Shown one piece after another: positions 1-9,945 of a stretch of DNA of 32,000 nucleotides. Every line of letters begins with the position of its first letter. Positions within the stretch are counted from its first letter, which is position 1. The position numbers and the translations under genes were made by a program. The DNA is from Blochmannia endosymbiont of Camponotus modoc (GTDB lineage Bacteria; Pseudomonadota; Gammaproteobacteria; Enterobacterales; Enterobacteriaceae), in assembly GCF_023585785.1 (NCBI RefSeq), contig NZ_CP097765.1, positions 510,001 to 542,000 of the forward strand. Reading direction: 5' to 3'. The notes beneath the pieces were generated by a model. It did not search any database and was not told the DNA's origin. It worked only from the letters and a program-made list of their open reading frames with translations.

Positions 1-228
1 AACATCTTCTATTAAGTAAAAATGTTTCTGGCTCACTAAACTAAGTATGACTTGATTTACATGAGTATAATCGATATAAGACACTATACTTTGATGATCT
101 GCAAAAAATTCAGTATCACATGACAATTGCAAATCGAAAATTAATTTTTGCAAACAATTTTTTTCCCAATCATTTATACCGATATACGCCATTACTGTTA
201 GTCGCTCGATAAATAAGATATCCATCAT
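1..228 (-). CDS. folB: Dihydroneopterin aldolase, N-terminal part (the gene runs off the left edge of the window)
   Basis: The reverse complement from 228 reads MMDILFIERLTVMAYIGINDWEKNCLQKLIFDLQL... This aligns with E. coli FolB MDIVFIEQLSVITTIGVYDWEQTIEQKLVFDIEM. It is divergent from plsY, as in E. coli. The start is ATG at 228 or 225. Confidence 0.85.
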   Translation of the reverse strand, partial: MMDILFIERLTVMAYIGINDWEKNCLQKLIFDLQLSCDTEFFADHQSIVSYIDYTHVNQVILSLVSQKHFYLIEDV

Positions 229-350
229 ATATTATATTTTTAATTACATAAAAAATTATTTATTTAAATGATATTGACTGTTTAATATACACACATATAC
301 ATATAAAATATATGTAATAATTGCTATTTAATCTCAATAAATTAATTATT

Positions 351-938
351 ATGATTTTTTTTTCTATTCTAATAACGATATTTGCTTATTTTTTAGGGTC
401 AATATCTAGCGCTATTTTAATATGCAAAATATTGCGTTTTCCAGACCCAAGAAATTTTGGCTCTAAAAATCCCGGTGCTACCAATATTTTACGTATCGCA
501 GGGCTTAAAATTGCAATTAGTGTGATTTTGTTTGATATATTAAAAGGAGCAATTCCAATGTGGTTAGGATATCATTTGAAAATTTCACCTATTTTTTTAG
601 GAACTACGGCTATTTTTTCCTGTATGGGACACATGTATCCCATATTTTTTAAATTTTATGGAGGAAAAGGTGTAGCTACCGCATTTGGAGTACTTACAAC
701 CATAGACCTTAATCTTTCTATAGTCATGATCAGTTCCTGGGCATTGACTGTGCTATCTTTTGGATATTCCTCACTGGGAGCCATCGTTACTGCGTTCATT
801 ATACCTTGTTATGCTTGGTATTTTCAATCTCAATATTTACTCCCAATAATCATAATATCTTCTTTAGTTGTAATAAAGCATGCATCTAATATTAAACGAT
901 TATGGCATCACAAAGAAACCCGTATTTGGCGTAATTAA
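351..938 (+). CDS. plsY: Glycerol-3-phosphate acyltransferase PlsY
   Basis: The ORF track gives 321..938 with a TTG start. ATG at 351 gives MIFFSILITIFAYFLGSISSAIL, matching the E. coli PlsY N-terminus (..LIAYLCGSISSAILVCR). Conserved motifs NPGATN, GGKGVATAFG and GYSSLGAIV are present. Confidence 0.9.
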   Translation: MIFFSILITIFAYFLGSISSAILICKILRFPDPRNFGSKNPGATNILRIAGLKIAISVILFDILKGAIPMWLGYHLKISPIFLGTTAIFSCMGHMYPIFFKFYGGKGVATAFGVLTTIDLNLSIVMISSWALTVLSFGYSSLGAIVTAFIIPCYAWYFQSQYLLPIIIISSLVVIKHASNIKRLWHHKETRIWRN

Positions 939-963
939 CATAAAAATATTACTAATACGTAAA

Positions 964-1989
964 TTATAATAATTGCTTTATTCGTGGAAGATCTTCTAAT
1001 GACCAGCGTGGTCTTACTAAAATTGATAAATCACTAAATAATCCAGCCTTTAATCTAATTAATCCAGCGTAAGCCACCATTGCGCCATTATCTGTACAAA
1101 ACTCCGGTCTAGGATAAAACAAGCTTCCTTGTAAGGTATACATCATCTTCAAAAGATACGATCTTAACGCGTGGTTAGCGCTAACACCTCCAGATATCAC
1201 TAAACATTTTAATCCGGTTTGATTCAAGGCACGGCGACATTTGATTGCTAATGTTTCAATAATTGCATCTTCAAACGCACGTGCAATATCAGCACAAGTT
1301 TGAGCATCATGAGAATTTGACATAATAGTATTTACAGTAAAAGTTTTTAAACCAGAAAAACTAAAATTCAAACCGGGGCGATCAGTCATAGGACGAGGAA
1401 ATACATAACGCTTCGAAATACCCTGTTGAGCCATTTTTGATAATAAAGCTCCTCCAGGATATTTTAATCCTAATAATATAGCAATCTTATCAAACACTTC
1501 TCCAACAGCATCATCAATAGATTCTCCTAATATTTTATATTCCCCTATATTGCTTGCAGACACAAGTTGAGTGTGTCCGCCGGATACTAATAATGCTATA
1601 AATGGAAAAGTAGGAACTTTTTTTTCTAACATTGGCGCTAATAAATGAGCTTCCATATGATGAATATCGATAGCGGGTATTTTCCAAGCATACGCAAGTG
1701 TTCTCCCAACAGTTGCTCCGACCAATAAGGCACCCATCAATCCAGGTCCAGCAGTGTATGCTATTCCATCGATATTTTTTGGCTCTAAACGAGCTCGATC
1801 TAGTGTACATAAAATTAAAGGAACTATTTTTCGTACATGATCACGAGCAGCTAATTCAGGAACAACCCCGCCATAATTAGCATGCAATTCATTTTGACTA
1901 TATACTTCATTAACTAATAATCCCTTATGTTGATCATAAATTGCTACACCTGTTTCATCACATGAAGTTTCAATACCTAAAACACGCAT
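964..1989 (-). CDS. tsaD: tRNA N6-threonylcarbamoyladenosine synthesis protein TsaD (Gcp/YgjD)
   Basis: [19 protein letters not shown]... is near-identical to the E. coli TsaD N-terminus and aligns full length. The ORF track starts 4 codons earlier (2001), but ATG at 1989 matches the orthologue start. Confidence 0.95.
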   Translation of the reverse strand: MRVLGIETSCDETGVAIYDQHKGLLVNEVYSQNELHANYGGVVPELAARDHVRKIVPLILCTLDRARLEPKNIDGIAYTAGPGLMGALLVGATVGRTLAYAWKIPAIDIHHMEAHLLAPMLEKKVPTFPFIALLVSGGHTQLVSASNIGEYKILGESIDDAVGEVFDKIAILLGLKYPGGALLSKMAQQGISKRYVFPRPMTDRPGLNFSFSGLKTFTVNTIMSNSHDAQTCADIARAFEDAIIETLAIKCRRALNQTGLKCLVISGGVSANHALRSYLLKMMYTLQGSLFYPRPEFCTDNGAMVAYAGLIRLKAGLFSDLSILVRPRWSLEDLPRIKQLL

Positions 1990-2152
1990 ATAATACCCCA
2001 TATTTGATTAACAATTACAAAATACTCACACTATTTATATTTCATGTCATAATATTTAATGTTATATTACAAAATAGCGGAAATATAGTTATTTATATAA
2101 AATAAGTAACAATAATCCTTAAATCAAAATATTAAATAATAGAGACAGATAT

Positions 2153-2368
2153 ATGCCAATAATTAAAGTGCGTGAAAATGAATCATTTGATGTAGCGTTG
2201 CGTCGTTTTAAAAGATCTTGTGAAAAATCAGGAATTTTATCTGAAGTACGTCGTAGAGAATTTTATGAAAAACCAACTACAGAACGTAAACGAGCCAAAG
2301 CATCGGCTATCAAACGTCATATAAAAAAACTATCTCGAGAAAATTTAAGACGTATTCGCTTGTATTAA
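2153..2368 (+). CDS. rpsU: 30S ribosomal protein S21
   Basis: The 71-aa product [25 protein letters not shown]...RLY matches E. coli S21. It is the first gene of the conserved rpsU-dnaG-rpoD operon. Confidence 0.97.
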   Translation: MPIIKVRENESFDVALRRFKRSCEKSGILSEVRRREFYEKPTTERKRAKASAIKRHIKKLSRENLRRIRLY

Positions 2369-2528
2369 ATAAGATTGTGGTTTTTCATGTGCAGAAATTA
2401 AACAATAAAAACTTATTTTTCTAATTATAAAATACTAAAGCGCATTTAGTGATATACATGACATTCAATCATCCATGATGATAATAATCATATTGTCTGT
2501 TCTCAATAACATGAGCTAAGGAGAGACA

Positions 2529-4274
2529 ATTACCCGAATCCCAAATACAGTAATTAATGAATTAATATCGCGTACTAATATTGTTGATTTAATTAGTCAA
2601 CGCGTTCCTTTAAAAAGACAAGGAAAGAATTTTTTAGCCTGTTGTCCATTTCATACTGAAAAAAATCCATCATTTACTGTTAATATCGAAAAACAGTTCT
2701 ATTATTGCTTCAGCTGTGGATCACATGGAAATGTAATAGATTTTTTGATGTATTATGATCGACTTACATTTATTGAAGCTATCAAAGAACTATCGATCAT
2801 GCACGGAATCTCAATAGAAAAAAATCCAAACGTTTGTCAACAAAATAACTATCTAAAAAATAACTTATATCAGTTAATGAATAAATTATGCGCATACTAT
2901 AAAAATATCTTAACCCAAAAAAAATATTTATACGCCTACAAATATTTGAAAAATCGTGGATTAAATACCAAAACTATTGATGATTTCAATATTGGATTTG
3001 CTCCGCCCAGATGGAATAATATAATACAAAAATTTAGTCTTACATTGTACGATCAAAAACTACTTGACCAATCAGGCATGTTAATTAGTAATAATACAAA
3101 AAAATATAAATATGACCGCTTTCGTGACCGATTGATGTTTCCTATACGAGATATAGCCGGAAGAATTGTGGCATTCGGAGGTCGTGTTATTACTCAAAAA
3201 AAAATACCCAAATATTTAAATTCACCAGATACCGAAATTTTTAAAAAAAGTCAACATTTATATGGCTTATACGAAGCGCGTATGAAACACAAAAATCTCT
3301 CTTGCATACTTTTAGTAGAAGGTTATATTGATGTTATTACGTTAACGCAATTTGGCATTAATTATGCAGTTGCTGCTTTAGGAACTTCTACTACTGATAA
3401 TCATATTCGATTGTTGTATAGTATTACTGATCAAATCATTTGTTGTTACGATGGCGATTATGCTGGTAAAAAAGCTGCTTGGCGTACATTAAATACTGCC
3501 CTACCGTATCTTACTGATGAACGTCAAATACATTTCGCATTTTTGCCTCATGGAGAAGATCCAGATACATTAATACGTAAAATAGGAAAGGACAACTTTT
3601 TAAAAAAATTAACTCAAACACAAGATTTATCAAATTTTTTATTTGAAACATTATCAAAAAAAACAAATTTACAAACATTATCGGGTCGAGTTAAATTAAG
3701 TAGTTTAATATTACCTATACTTAAAAAAATTCCAGGGAAAACACTGAAATTATGTTTACTGCAACAATTAGGCAACAAAATAGGGATTCTAGATGATAAT
3801 AAATTAAATCAATTGCTCACAAGCAAACCTATTACATATGCTAATAAAATAAACAGATGTTATATAAATAACAGAATAGAGCGCGTATTGGTAGGATTAT
3901 TAATACAAAATCCACGACTTTCTAAATTAGTACCAAGTGTACAAGGATTGGAACAATTGAAACAGGATGATATTGTAATGTTTATTGATTTAATCCAACT
4001 GTGCAAAATATATCCAATATCAACTTCTGCACAATTATTAGAGCATTATCGTGGAAATAAATTTTTTTCAAAACTTGAATCACTAGCATATTGGAATCAT
4101 TTAATTACAAATGATATGATAGAGACTACATTTATTGATGCTTTGACCAAATTATATAATCTAACTCTTGAAAAACGCCAAGAGCTACTTATTACTCGTG
4201 ATCGTACATCTGGTCTAACAACACAAGAACGTCAAGAATTATGGTTATTAAATCAAACATTATCGAAACATTAA
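2529..4274 (+). CDS. dnaG: DNA primase DnaG (start codon uncertain, probably non-canonical)
   Basis: The frame is open from the TAA at 2517-2519. The translation GETITRIPNTVINELISRTNIVDLISQRVPLKRQGKNFLACCPFHTEKNPSFTVNIEKQFYYCFSCGSHGNVIDFLMYYD aligns with the E. coli DnaG N-terminus (MAGRIPRVFINDLLARTDIVDLI...CCPFHNEKTPSFTV...CFGCGAHGN). The first ATG/GTG/TTG in frame is at 2745, after the zinc finger. AAGGAG at 2518-2523 followed by ATT at 2529 is the best start candidate. Confidence 0.85.
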   Translation: MTRIPNTVINELISRTNIVDLISQRVPLKRQGKNFLACCPFHTEKNPSFTVNIEKQFYYCFSCGSHGNVIDFLMYYDRLTFIEAIKELSIMHGISIEKNPNVCQQNNYLKNNLYQLMNKLCAYYKNILTQKKYLYAYKYLKNRGLNTKTIDDFNIGFAPPRWNNIIQKFSLTLYDQKLLDQSGMLISNNTKKYKYDRFRDRLMFPIRDIAGRIVAFGGRVITQKKIPKYLNSPDTEIFKKSQHLYGLYEARMKHKNLSCILLVEGYIDVITLTQFGINYAVAALGTSTTDNHIRLLYSITDQIICCYDGDYAGKKAAWRTLNTALPYLTDERQIHFAFLPHGEDPDTLIRKIGKDNFLKKLTQTQDLSNFLFETLSKKTNLQTLSGRVKLSSLILPILKKIPGKTLKLCLLQQLGNKIGILDDNKLNQLLTSKPITYANKINRCYINNRIERVLVGLLIQNPRLSKLVPSVQGLEQLKQDDIVMFIDLIQLCKIYPISTSAQLLEHYRGNKFFSKLESLAYWNHLITNDMIETTFIDALTKLYNLTLEKRQELLITRDRTSGLTTQERQELWLLNQTLSKH

Positions 4275-4448
4275 TATAAAAATTACAAACTCTTTGGATT
4301 TAATGTCACTAATGAAAACAATCATGAAGATACCTCCTGAATGAAATTATTTTTTGTAATAATTTACTACGTATCATCGATAGATGGGGCATTACACCTC
4401 TATTAAACTTTTAAATATAAATATTATTTTGAAACGTGGGAGTATTTT

Positions 4449-6284
4449 ATGGAACATAACCCACAATCACAACTTAAGTTACTCGTCACACTCGGCAAAG
4501 AACAAGGATACTTAACTTTTTCCGAAGTTAATGATCATTTGCCAGAAGAAATCGTAGATCCTGGTCAAATCGAAAATATAATCCAAATGATGAATGATAT
4601 GGGTATTCAAGTCATGGAAGAAGCCCCTAATTCTGACGAGTTTTTATTAATCGAACACACTAATTCTACTAATGATGAGGAAGATGCAACAGAAGCAGCT
4701 GTACAAGCATTGACCAACGCTGACTCAGAGTTAGGTAGAACAACTGATCCAGTACGAATGTATATGCGAGAAATGGGTACTGTAGAATTATTAACACGAG
4801 AAGGTGAAATAGATATTGCTAAAAGAATTGAAGACGGAATAAATCAAGTACAATGTTCAGTTTCTGAATATCCAGAAGCAATTACTTATCTTTTAGAACA
4901 ATATAAACGCGTAGAAACTGGTGAAACACGCCTTTCAGATTTAATTACAGGTTTTGTAGATCCTGATATAAATGAAAATATATCAATACACACAAATATC
5001 AATCACATAACTGCTGAAGTTACGACTGAATCAATACCTGATGACGATGAAGAAGAAAATAATGATGAAAATAACATTGATCCAGAAATAGCCTATGTAA
5101 AATTTACAGCACTACGTAATCAGTATGAAATAACACGTAAAACGATTAAATATAATGGAAGAAATCACATTAAATCATCAAAAGAAATTTTGAAACTCTC
5201 TGAAATATTTAAACAATTTAGATTAGTTCCAAAGCAATTTGATTATTTAGTTAACAATATGCGCTCTATGATGGAAAGAGTACGTAAACAAGAACGATTA
5301 ATTATGAAATTATGTGTTGAAATTAGTAAAATGCCAAAAAAAAATTTCATAGCGTTATTTTCAGGAAACCAAACTAATAAAAAATGGTTTAATACAGCTT
5401 TGTCTATGCACACATCATGGTCAGAAAAATTATATAAAGTTGATGAAGATGTACAGAATAGTTTATCAAAATTACATCAAATTGAAAAAGAAACAGGACT
5501 AACAATAGAACAAGTGAAAGATATTAATCGTCGTATGTCTATTGGAGAAGCTAAAGCTCGAAGAGCTAAAAAAGAAATGGTTGAAGCTAATCTTCGTTTA
5601 GTTATATCTATTGCCAAAAAATATACAAATAGAGGATTACAATTTTTAGATTTAATACAAGAAGGTAATATTGGTTTAATGAAAGCCGTAGATAAATTTG
5701 AGTATCGTCGTGGTTATAAATTTTCTACTTACGCTACTTGGTGGATTCGTCAAGCAATTACTAGATCGATAGCCGATCAAGCACGTACTATCCGAATCCC
5801 AGTCCATATGATAGAAACTATTAATAAACTTAACCGAGTTTCTCGACAAATGCTACAAGAAATAGGACATGAACCAACTCCAGAAGAACTGGCAGAGCGT
5901 ATGCTTATGTCAGAAGATAAAATTAGAAAAGTGTTAAAAATTGCTAAAGAACCTATTTCTATGGAAACTCCTATAGGAGATGATGAAGATTCTCATCTTG
6001 GAGATTTTATTGAAGATACTAATCATGATTTACCTTTAGATTCAGCAACTTCAGATAACTTACGTACTGCTACTCATGATATACTTTCCGGATTGACTCC
6101 AAGAGAAGCTAAAGTATTGCGTATGCGGTTTGGTATTGATATGAATACTGATCATACTCTAGAAGAAGTAGGTAAACAATTTGATGTAACTCGTGAACGG
6201 ATTCGTCAAATAGAGGCAAAAGCTTTAAGAAAGCTACGTCATCCTAGTCGATCTGAAATATTGCGAAGCTTTTTGGATGATTAA
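4449..6284 (+). CDS. rpoD: RNA polymerase sigma-70 factor RpoD
   Basis: The 611-aa product aligns full length with E. coli RpoD (613 aa from memory). Regions 2-4 are near-identical ([67 protein letters not shown]). A GGGAG SD lies about 8 nt upstream. Confidence 0.97.
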   Translation: MEHNPQSQLKLLVTLGKEQGYLTFSEVNDHLPEEIVDPGQIENIIQMMNDMGIQVMEEAPNSDEFLLIEHTNSTNDEEDATEAAVQALTNADSELGRTTDPVRMYMREMGTVELLTREGEIDIAKRIEDGINQVQCSVSEYPEAITYLLEQYKRVETGETRLSDLITGFVDPDINENISIHTNINHITAEVTTESIPDDDEEENNDENNIDPEIAYVKFTALRNQYEITRKTIKYNGRNHIKSSKEILKLSEIFKQFRLVPKQFDYLVNNMRSMMERVRKQERLIMKLCVEISKMPKKNFIALFSGNQTNKKWFNTALSMHTSWSEKLYKVDEDVQNSLSKLHQIEKETGLTIEQVKDINRRMSIGEAKARRAKKEMVEANLRLVISIAKKYTNRGLQFLDLIQEGNIGLMKAVDKFEYRRGYKFSTYATWWIRQAITRSIADQARTIRIPVHMIETINKLNRVSRQMLQEIGHEPTPEELAERMLMSEDKIRKVLKIAKEPISMETPIGDDEDSHLGDFIEDTNHDLPLDSATSDNLRTATHDILSGLTPREAKVLRMRFGIDMNTDHTLEEVGKQFDVTRERIRQIEAKALRKLRHPSRSEILRSFLDD

Positions 6285-6487
6285 GTAAATATAATCTAGA
6301 AAACATGACTAATCGTTTCTATATGAGCATGATGTCAATATAGTTTTATATATACATTATTCAATGTATAACATAAAAAATAAAAAGAATTTTTATTGTA
6401 AAAAATGATATACATTATGATAATCAAACACATCAATAAATAAAAAACCAAATAATGTAGCAAAGATTAAAATTAATAAAAAATATT

Positions 6488-6517
6488 ATATTATGTACGA
6501 TACATAATATTTTATTT
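6488..6517 (+). terminator. Candidate intrinsic terminator for the rpsU-dnaG-rpoD operon
   Basis: ATATTATGTA-cga-TACATAATAT has perfect 10-bp arms (6488-6497 / 6501-6510) and is followed by TTTATTT. The stem is all A/T apart from one G:C pair, so it is weak. It lies about 200 nt after the rpoD stop. Confidence 0.3.
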
Positions 6518-6602
6518 AATAAATGAAACAAGTTATTATGTACATGAGGTGAGATTATTAATATAATGTGAATGCTCTTTATGTCATCATGATAGTCATC
6601 AA

Positions 6603-6677
6603 GGCCCCTTAGCTCAGATTGGTTAGAGCAGGCGACTCATAATCGCTTGGTCGCTGGTTCAAATCCAGCAGGGGCCA
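6603..6677 (+). tRNA. ileX: tRNA-Ile2 with anticodon CAU (lysidine-modified type)
   Basis: GGCCCCTTAGCTCAGATTGGTTAGAGCAGGCGACTCATAATCGCTTGGTCGCTGGTTCAAATCCAGCAGGGGCCA is almost identical to E. coli ileX, which also lies downstream of rpoD. The anticodon loop is CT-CAT-AA. The 3' CCA is not encoded (next bases are TTC). Confidence 0.9.
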
Positions 6678-6835
6678 TTCCTTATATTTTAAAGTATTTT
6701 AAAAAATCAGTTGTTCTTCAATCAAAAATATGATGTTTTATTCTTAATAAAAAACGTACCAGAATGGTACACATGACCATTCCTGTTATCAAAAAATATA
6801 AAATCTATATTTCTCCTTATTATTGATATATAATT

Positions 6836-6879
6836 AATTTTTTACTACATATTATAATTATAATATGTAGTAAAAAATT
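6836..6879. repeat. Perfect 44-bp palindrome (22+22) between convergent ileX and yqjA
   Basis: AATTTTTTACTACATATTATAA|TTATAATATGTAGTAAAAAATT. I checked every one of the 22 pairs by hand; the first mismatch is at 6835/6880. It contains the yqjA stop codon (6845-6847) and its last 8 codons. The T6 tract lies 5' and the A6 tract 3' of the stem on both strands, so it is not a canonical U-tailed terminator. Confidence 0.9.
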
Positions 6880-7417
6880 CTAGTCGTTCTAAAAAGAACC
6901 CTAACACAATAAATACAAACACCCACAAAAACGAACTGATCCAATTGAATAATTGAAAACGAAAAGAACTTAATCCAGATATTCCTGCAATAATAGGTAA
7001 AACTGTTCGCACGAACGCTATAAAGCGACCAATAAAAAGAGCAGACAATCCATGTCTCTGGATCATATAATTCGCTCTTTGATAAAATGTATTAGGTAAA
7101 AGAGATAGCCAACGTTTTAAAATTTTGTTATTCTCCAAAAATTTACCTTGTAAATAACTAATCCAACTGCCTAAGCTTACAGCTATTGTTAAAATTCCTA
7201 AAGTAATAGTAAAGTTTAAAACACCTTGTGCAACCAATACCCCTAATATCACTAACAAACTATCCCCAGGCAAAAAAACAGCTGGAATAATAGCATTCTC
7301 CAAAAAAAGAATAAGAAATGCTAACGAATAAATAGCTAATGCTAATCTCACATTAGGAAAAAACACAATATTGTTTTGCCATAAAACTACATTTAGTAAT
7401 TCTTTTAAAATATTCAT
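6845..7417 (-). CDS. yqjA: DedA-family inner membrane protein (YqjA-like)
   Basis: [29 protein letters not shown]...[40 protein letters not shown] aligns with E. coli YqjA ([29 protein letters not shown]...[40 protein letters not shown]). It is 190 aa versus about 220 aa in E. coli from memory, so the C-terminal segment is missing. Confidence 0.85.
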   Translation of the reverse strand: [190 protein letters not shown]

Positions 7418-8033
7418 TACTTACTAAATTCCATAGCGCACAAAATATCTAATTATTTAAACAAATGTAATTTATATTAATAATATTTACTCCAATTCAA
7501 TGAATTTTCCTTTAATAGTTTAAATATACTATCCCATTAAAATCTAAAATAACACTCTGATTCCATTTCAGAATGAATAATTTCTAATTAATTACTATAA
7601 TTCTCAATTTTTTTTTCGGAAAAATCGTTATAAAAACAACCAATCTATAATTTTTATAGCGCATATCAATATTATATGTTGATATCTATTTATATCTTCT
7701 TACATCATAATGTATTTCGATAAATACTACTATTATTTTATTCTTATTAAATGTAGTTTAAAAAAATATGTATTCCAATTATTAATTCAATCTTTAAAAA
7801 TTGACTTACACTATGCACAAAACATATCCATTCTAAAAACAACAACCATTTCTCATAAAATATATTATGATCAACAACTTATGAATTATTACATGTAATT
7901 TTGATTACCATCTAAATATAATTTTCAATAATCTTCCCTGAAGAAGCATTATTTAGATATGCAATGCTAAAAATATCCTTTATTATGAAATACAACAACA
8001 GCATACACGATGATTATATTTAAAATTTTTTAA

Positions 8034-8442
8034 AAGGAGTTAACCGATAAGCCGGGTTCTGTCTCGGACAATCATTCATCTAAACTAACATTCACACGCT
8101 AGTTTCAGCAGCTTACCCAAGTTCAGTACGGGCCATACTGTTGAACTTCTATTTAGCCTTGCTCCGAGTGGAGTTTACATAACGCGAACTGTTACCAATT
8201 CGGATGGTGTGCTCTTACCACGCCTTTTCACCCTTACCCATATTATTTTCTATAACAACATATTGTAAAAATAATTATCGGCGGTTTTCTTTCTGTTGCA
8301 CTTGTCGTAGATTGGTATCCCCCAGGTGTTACCTGGCACTCTGCCCTATGGAGCCCGGACTTTCCTCCCCTTCATTTGTAATTACAGCAACTATATAATT
8401 ACTGTAAACACAAAGAAGCAGCGATTGTCTAGCTAACTCCTC
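8034..8442 (-). ncRNA. rnpB: RNase P RNA (M1 RNA, bacterial type A)
   Basis: The reverse complement carries the universal rnpB blocks: GAGGAAAGTCCGGGCTCCATAGGGCAGAGTGCCAGGTAACACCTGGG, GGTAAGGGTGAAAAGGCGTGGTAAGAGCACACC, ACAGAACCCGGCTTATCGGTTAACTCC. 5' GGAGTTA pairs with 3' TAACTCC to form P1. The ends are approximate, within a few nt. Confidence 0.92.
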
Positions 8443-8449
8443 GAGGTAT

Positions 8450-8479
8450 ATTATAACCATTCTTTCTATGCTATGTCAT
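8450..8479 (-). promoter_or_regulatory. Candidate sigma-70 promoter for rnpB, overlapping the rsmI stop codon
   Basis: On the minus strand there is ATGACA (8479-8474), an 18-nt spacer, then TATAAT (8455-8450), with a G about 8 nt downstream at the predicted 5' end of the RNA. TATAAT-like hexamers are common by chance in DNA this AT-rich. Confidence 0.3.
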
Positions 8480-9371
8480 CAATCAATGACATCTGATCGT
8501 TAATCTTATTTAATTTTTCATCTAGATATTTCTTATAAAGCATATTCTTTTTTACACCATATATATATCCTGCTAAAATTGCAGCTCTTTTTACAGGTAA
8601 TTCAGATGCTAATAATCGCATGACCTGAAGTATTTTTGGGGACAATTCATTCTTTTTCAAACAATTTCCTGCTACAACTAAAACTATTTCTCCTTGAATC
8701 CGGGAATGATCTTTTTGTACCCAAGATAATAATTGACCAACAGGAGCTCCATAAATAGATTCCCATATTTTAGTTAATTCTCGAGCTAACACAACATGAC
8801 GATCTAACCCAAAAACGCTAACCATATCTTTTAAAGTATCTATTATACGATGTTTTACATCATAAAAAATTAACGTACGTGATTCTTCTGATAAATCTCG
8901 CAAACGATCTATGCGTAATTTATGTTTATGTGGTAAAAATCCTTCAAAACAAAAACGATCCGATGGTAAACCAGATCCACACAATGCAGTAATAGCAGCA
9001 CATGGTCCAGGCAAAGGAATAACTCGAATTTTTAATTTCTGACAAGATTGCACTAAACAATATCCTGGATCATTAATCAATGGAGTACCTGCATCAGAAA
9101 CCAAAGCGATACTTAATCCTCCTTGTAGTTTTGAAATCAACATTGGTATTCTTTTGTATTCATTGTATTGATGTAATATATATAAAGACGTATGAATAGA
9201 AAAAAAATCCAATAATATACGAGTACGACGTGTATTCTCTGCTGCAATACAGTCTACTTGACGTAATACTGATAAAGCCCGACACGTAATGTCTTGTAAA
9301 TTTCCAATAGGAGTCGGCACTATATACAACGCAGATACAAAATTGGGTATTGATGGTAGCATATTCTTCAC
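8466..9371 (-). CDS. rsmI: 16S rRNA (cytidine1402-2'-O)-methyltransferase RsmI (YraL)
   Basis: LYIVPTPIGNLQDITCRAL..IAAENTRRT..ALVSDAGTPLINDPGY..IPLPGPCAAITALCGSGLPSDRFCFEGFLP..LARELTK aligns full length with E. coli RsmI. The start is GTG at 9371, with an alternative ATG at 9362. Confidence 0.92.
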   Translation of the reverse strand: MKNMLPSIPNFVSALYIVPTPIGNLQDITCRALSVLRQVDCIAAENTRRTRILLDFFSIHTSLYILHQYNEYKRIPMLISKLQGGLSIALVSDAGTPLINDPGYCLVQSCQKLKIRVIPLPGPCAAITALCGSGLPSDRFCFEGFLPHKHKLRIDRLRDLSEESRTLIFYDVKHRIIDTLKDMVSVFGLDRHVVLARELTKIWESIYGAPVGQLLSWVQKDHSRIQGEIVLVVAGNCLKKNELSPKILQVMRLLASELPVKRAAILAGYIYGVKKNMLYKKYLDEKLNKINDQMSLIDDIA

Positions 9372-9945
9372 ATATCAACATCTACTACAATGGATCTCAT
9401 ACTTATAAAATAAACAAAAAATATTTGCACATTCTTTACTAAAATCTTCAACATACTAATTAATCATTCTAATACGGAATTTTTATAAAAAAACAAATAA
9501 CTCAACTCCATTATCTGTTGTAACTAAATTACACTACAAATATTCCAGATAAATAATATTAAATTTTATGAATTAATCTTATTATTGTTAAAAAATTCTA
9601 ATATATTTCTAGTTTGCAGCTCTCAAAACATATTTTTGATATGTTTGACAACATTAAATGACAACAACCTTCGATTGTAACATCATTTTTCAATGAAATC
9701 CCCTATTAATATGGTATACTCTAAAAACAAATTGTAAATATCATTAAATATTAAAAATAATTTTACAAATATATTATAACTTTTACATATACTTTAATGA
9801 TTATATTATACTATGTCTATGACATAATTACTATTACTAGCTCTTTATCTCAAAACAGAGTATTTAAAATAAGTCTATTCATAAATCTGATAAAAACTAA
9901 CATTAGTATTATATTTTTCGGTTTTGAATGCGTGAATGCGTGCAC

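Noticed and set aside
1535-1880. ORFs 1535..1810 (-) and 1698..1880 (+) inside or antisense to tsaD
   Set aside because: They overlap the strongly conserved tsaD reading frame. Their translations are compositionally odd (Ser/Arg/Cys-rich) and resemble no protein I know. They are shadow ORFs.
6488-6510. Possible dif (XerCD) site, because of TTATGTA/TACATAA arms
   Set aside because: The arm order and orientation are the reverse of dif (..CATAA-6 nt-TTATG..). The spacer is 3 nt rather than 6, and there is no GGTGCGC-like outer XerC arm. I keep it only as a weak terminator candidate.
7710-7898. 62-aa ORF in the yqjA-rnpB spacer
   Set aside because: The translation is low-complexity Tyr/Ile/Lys/Leu-rich, as expected from random AT-rich DNA. 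There is no SD and no recognisable domain.
8204-8398. 64-aa ORF (MVCSYHAFSPLPILF...)
   Set aside because: It lies entirely antisense to the conserved core of RNase P RNA. Its unusually high GC reflects the structured RNA, not coding.
9160-9381. 73-aa ORF overlapping the 5' end of rsmI in another frame
   Set aside because: It is an out-of-frame shadow of rsmI, whose frame is validated by full-length alignment to E. coli RsmI.
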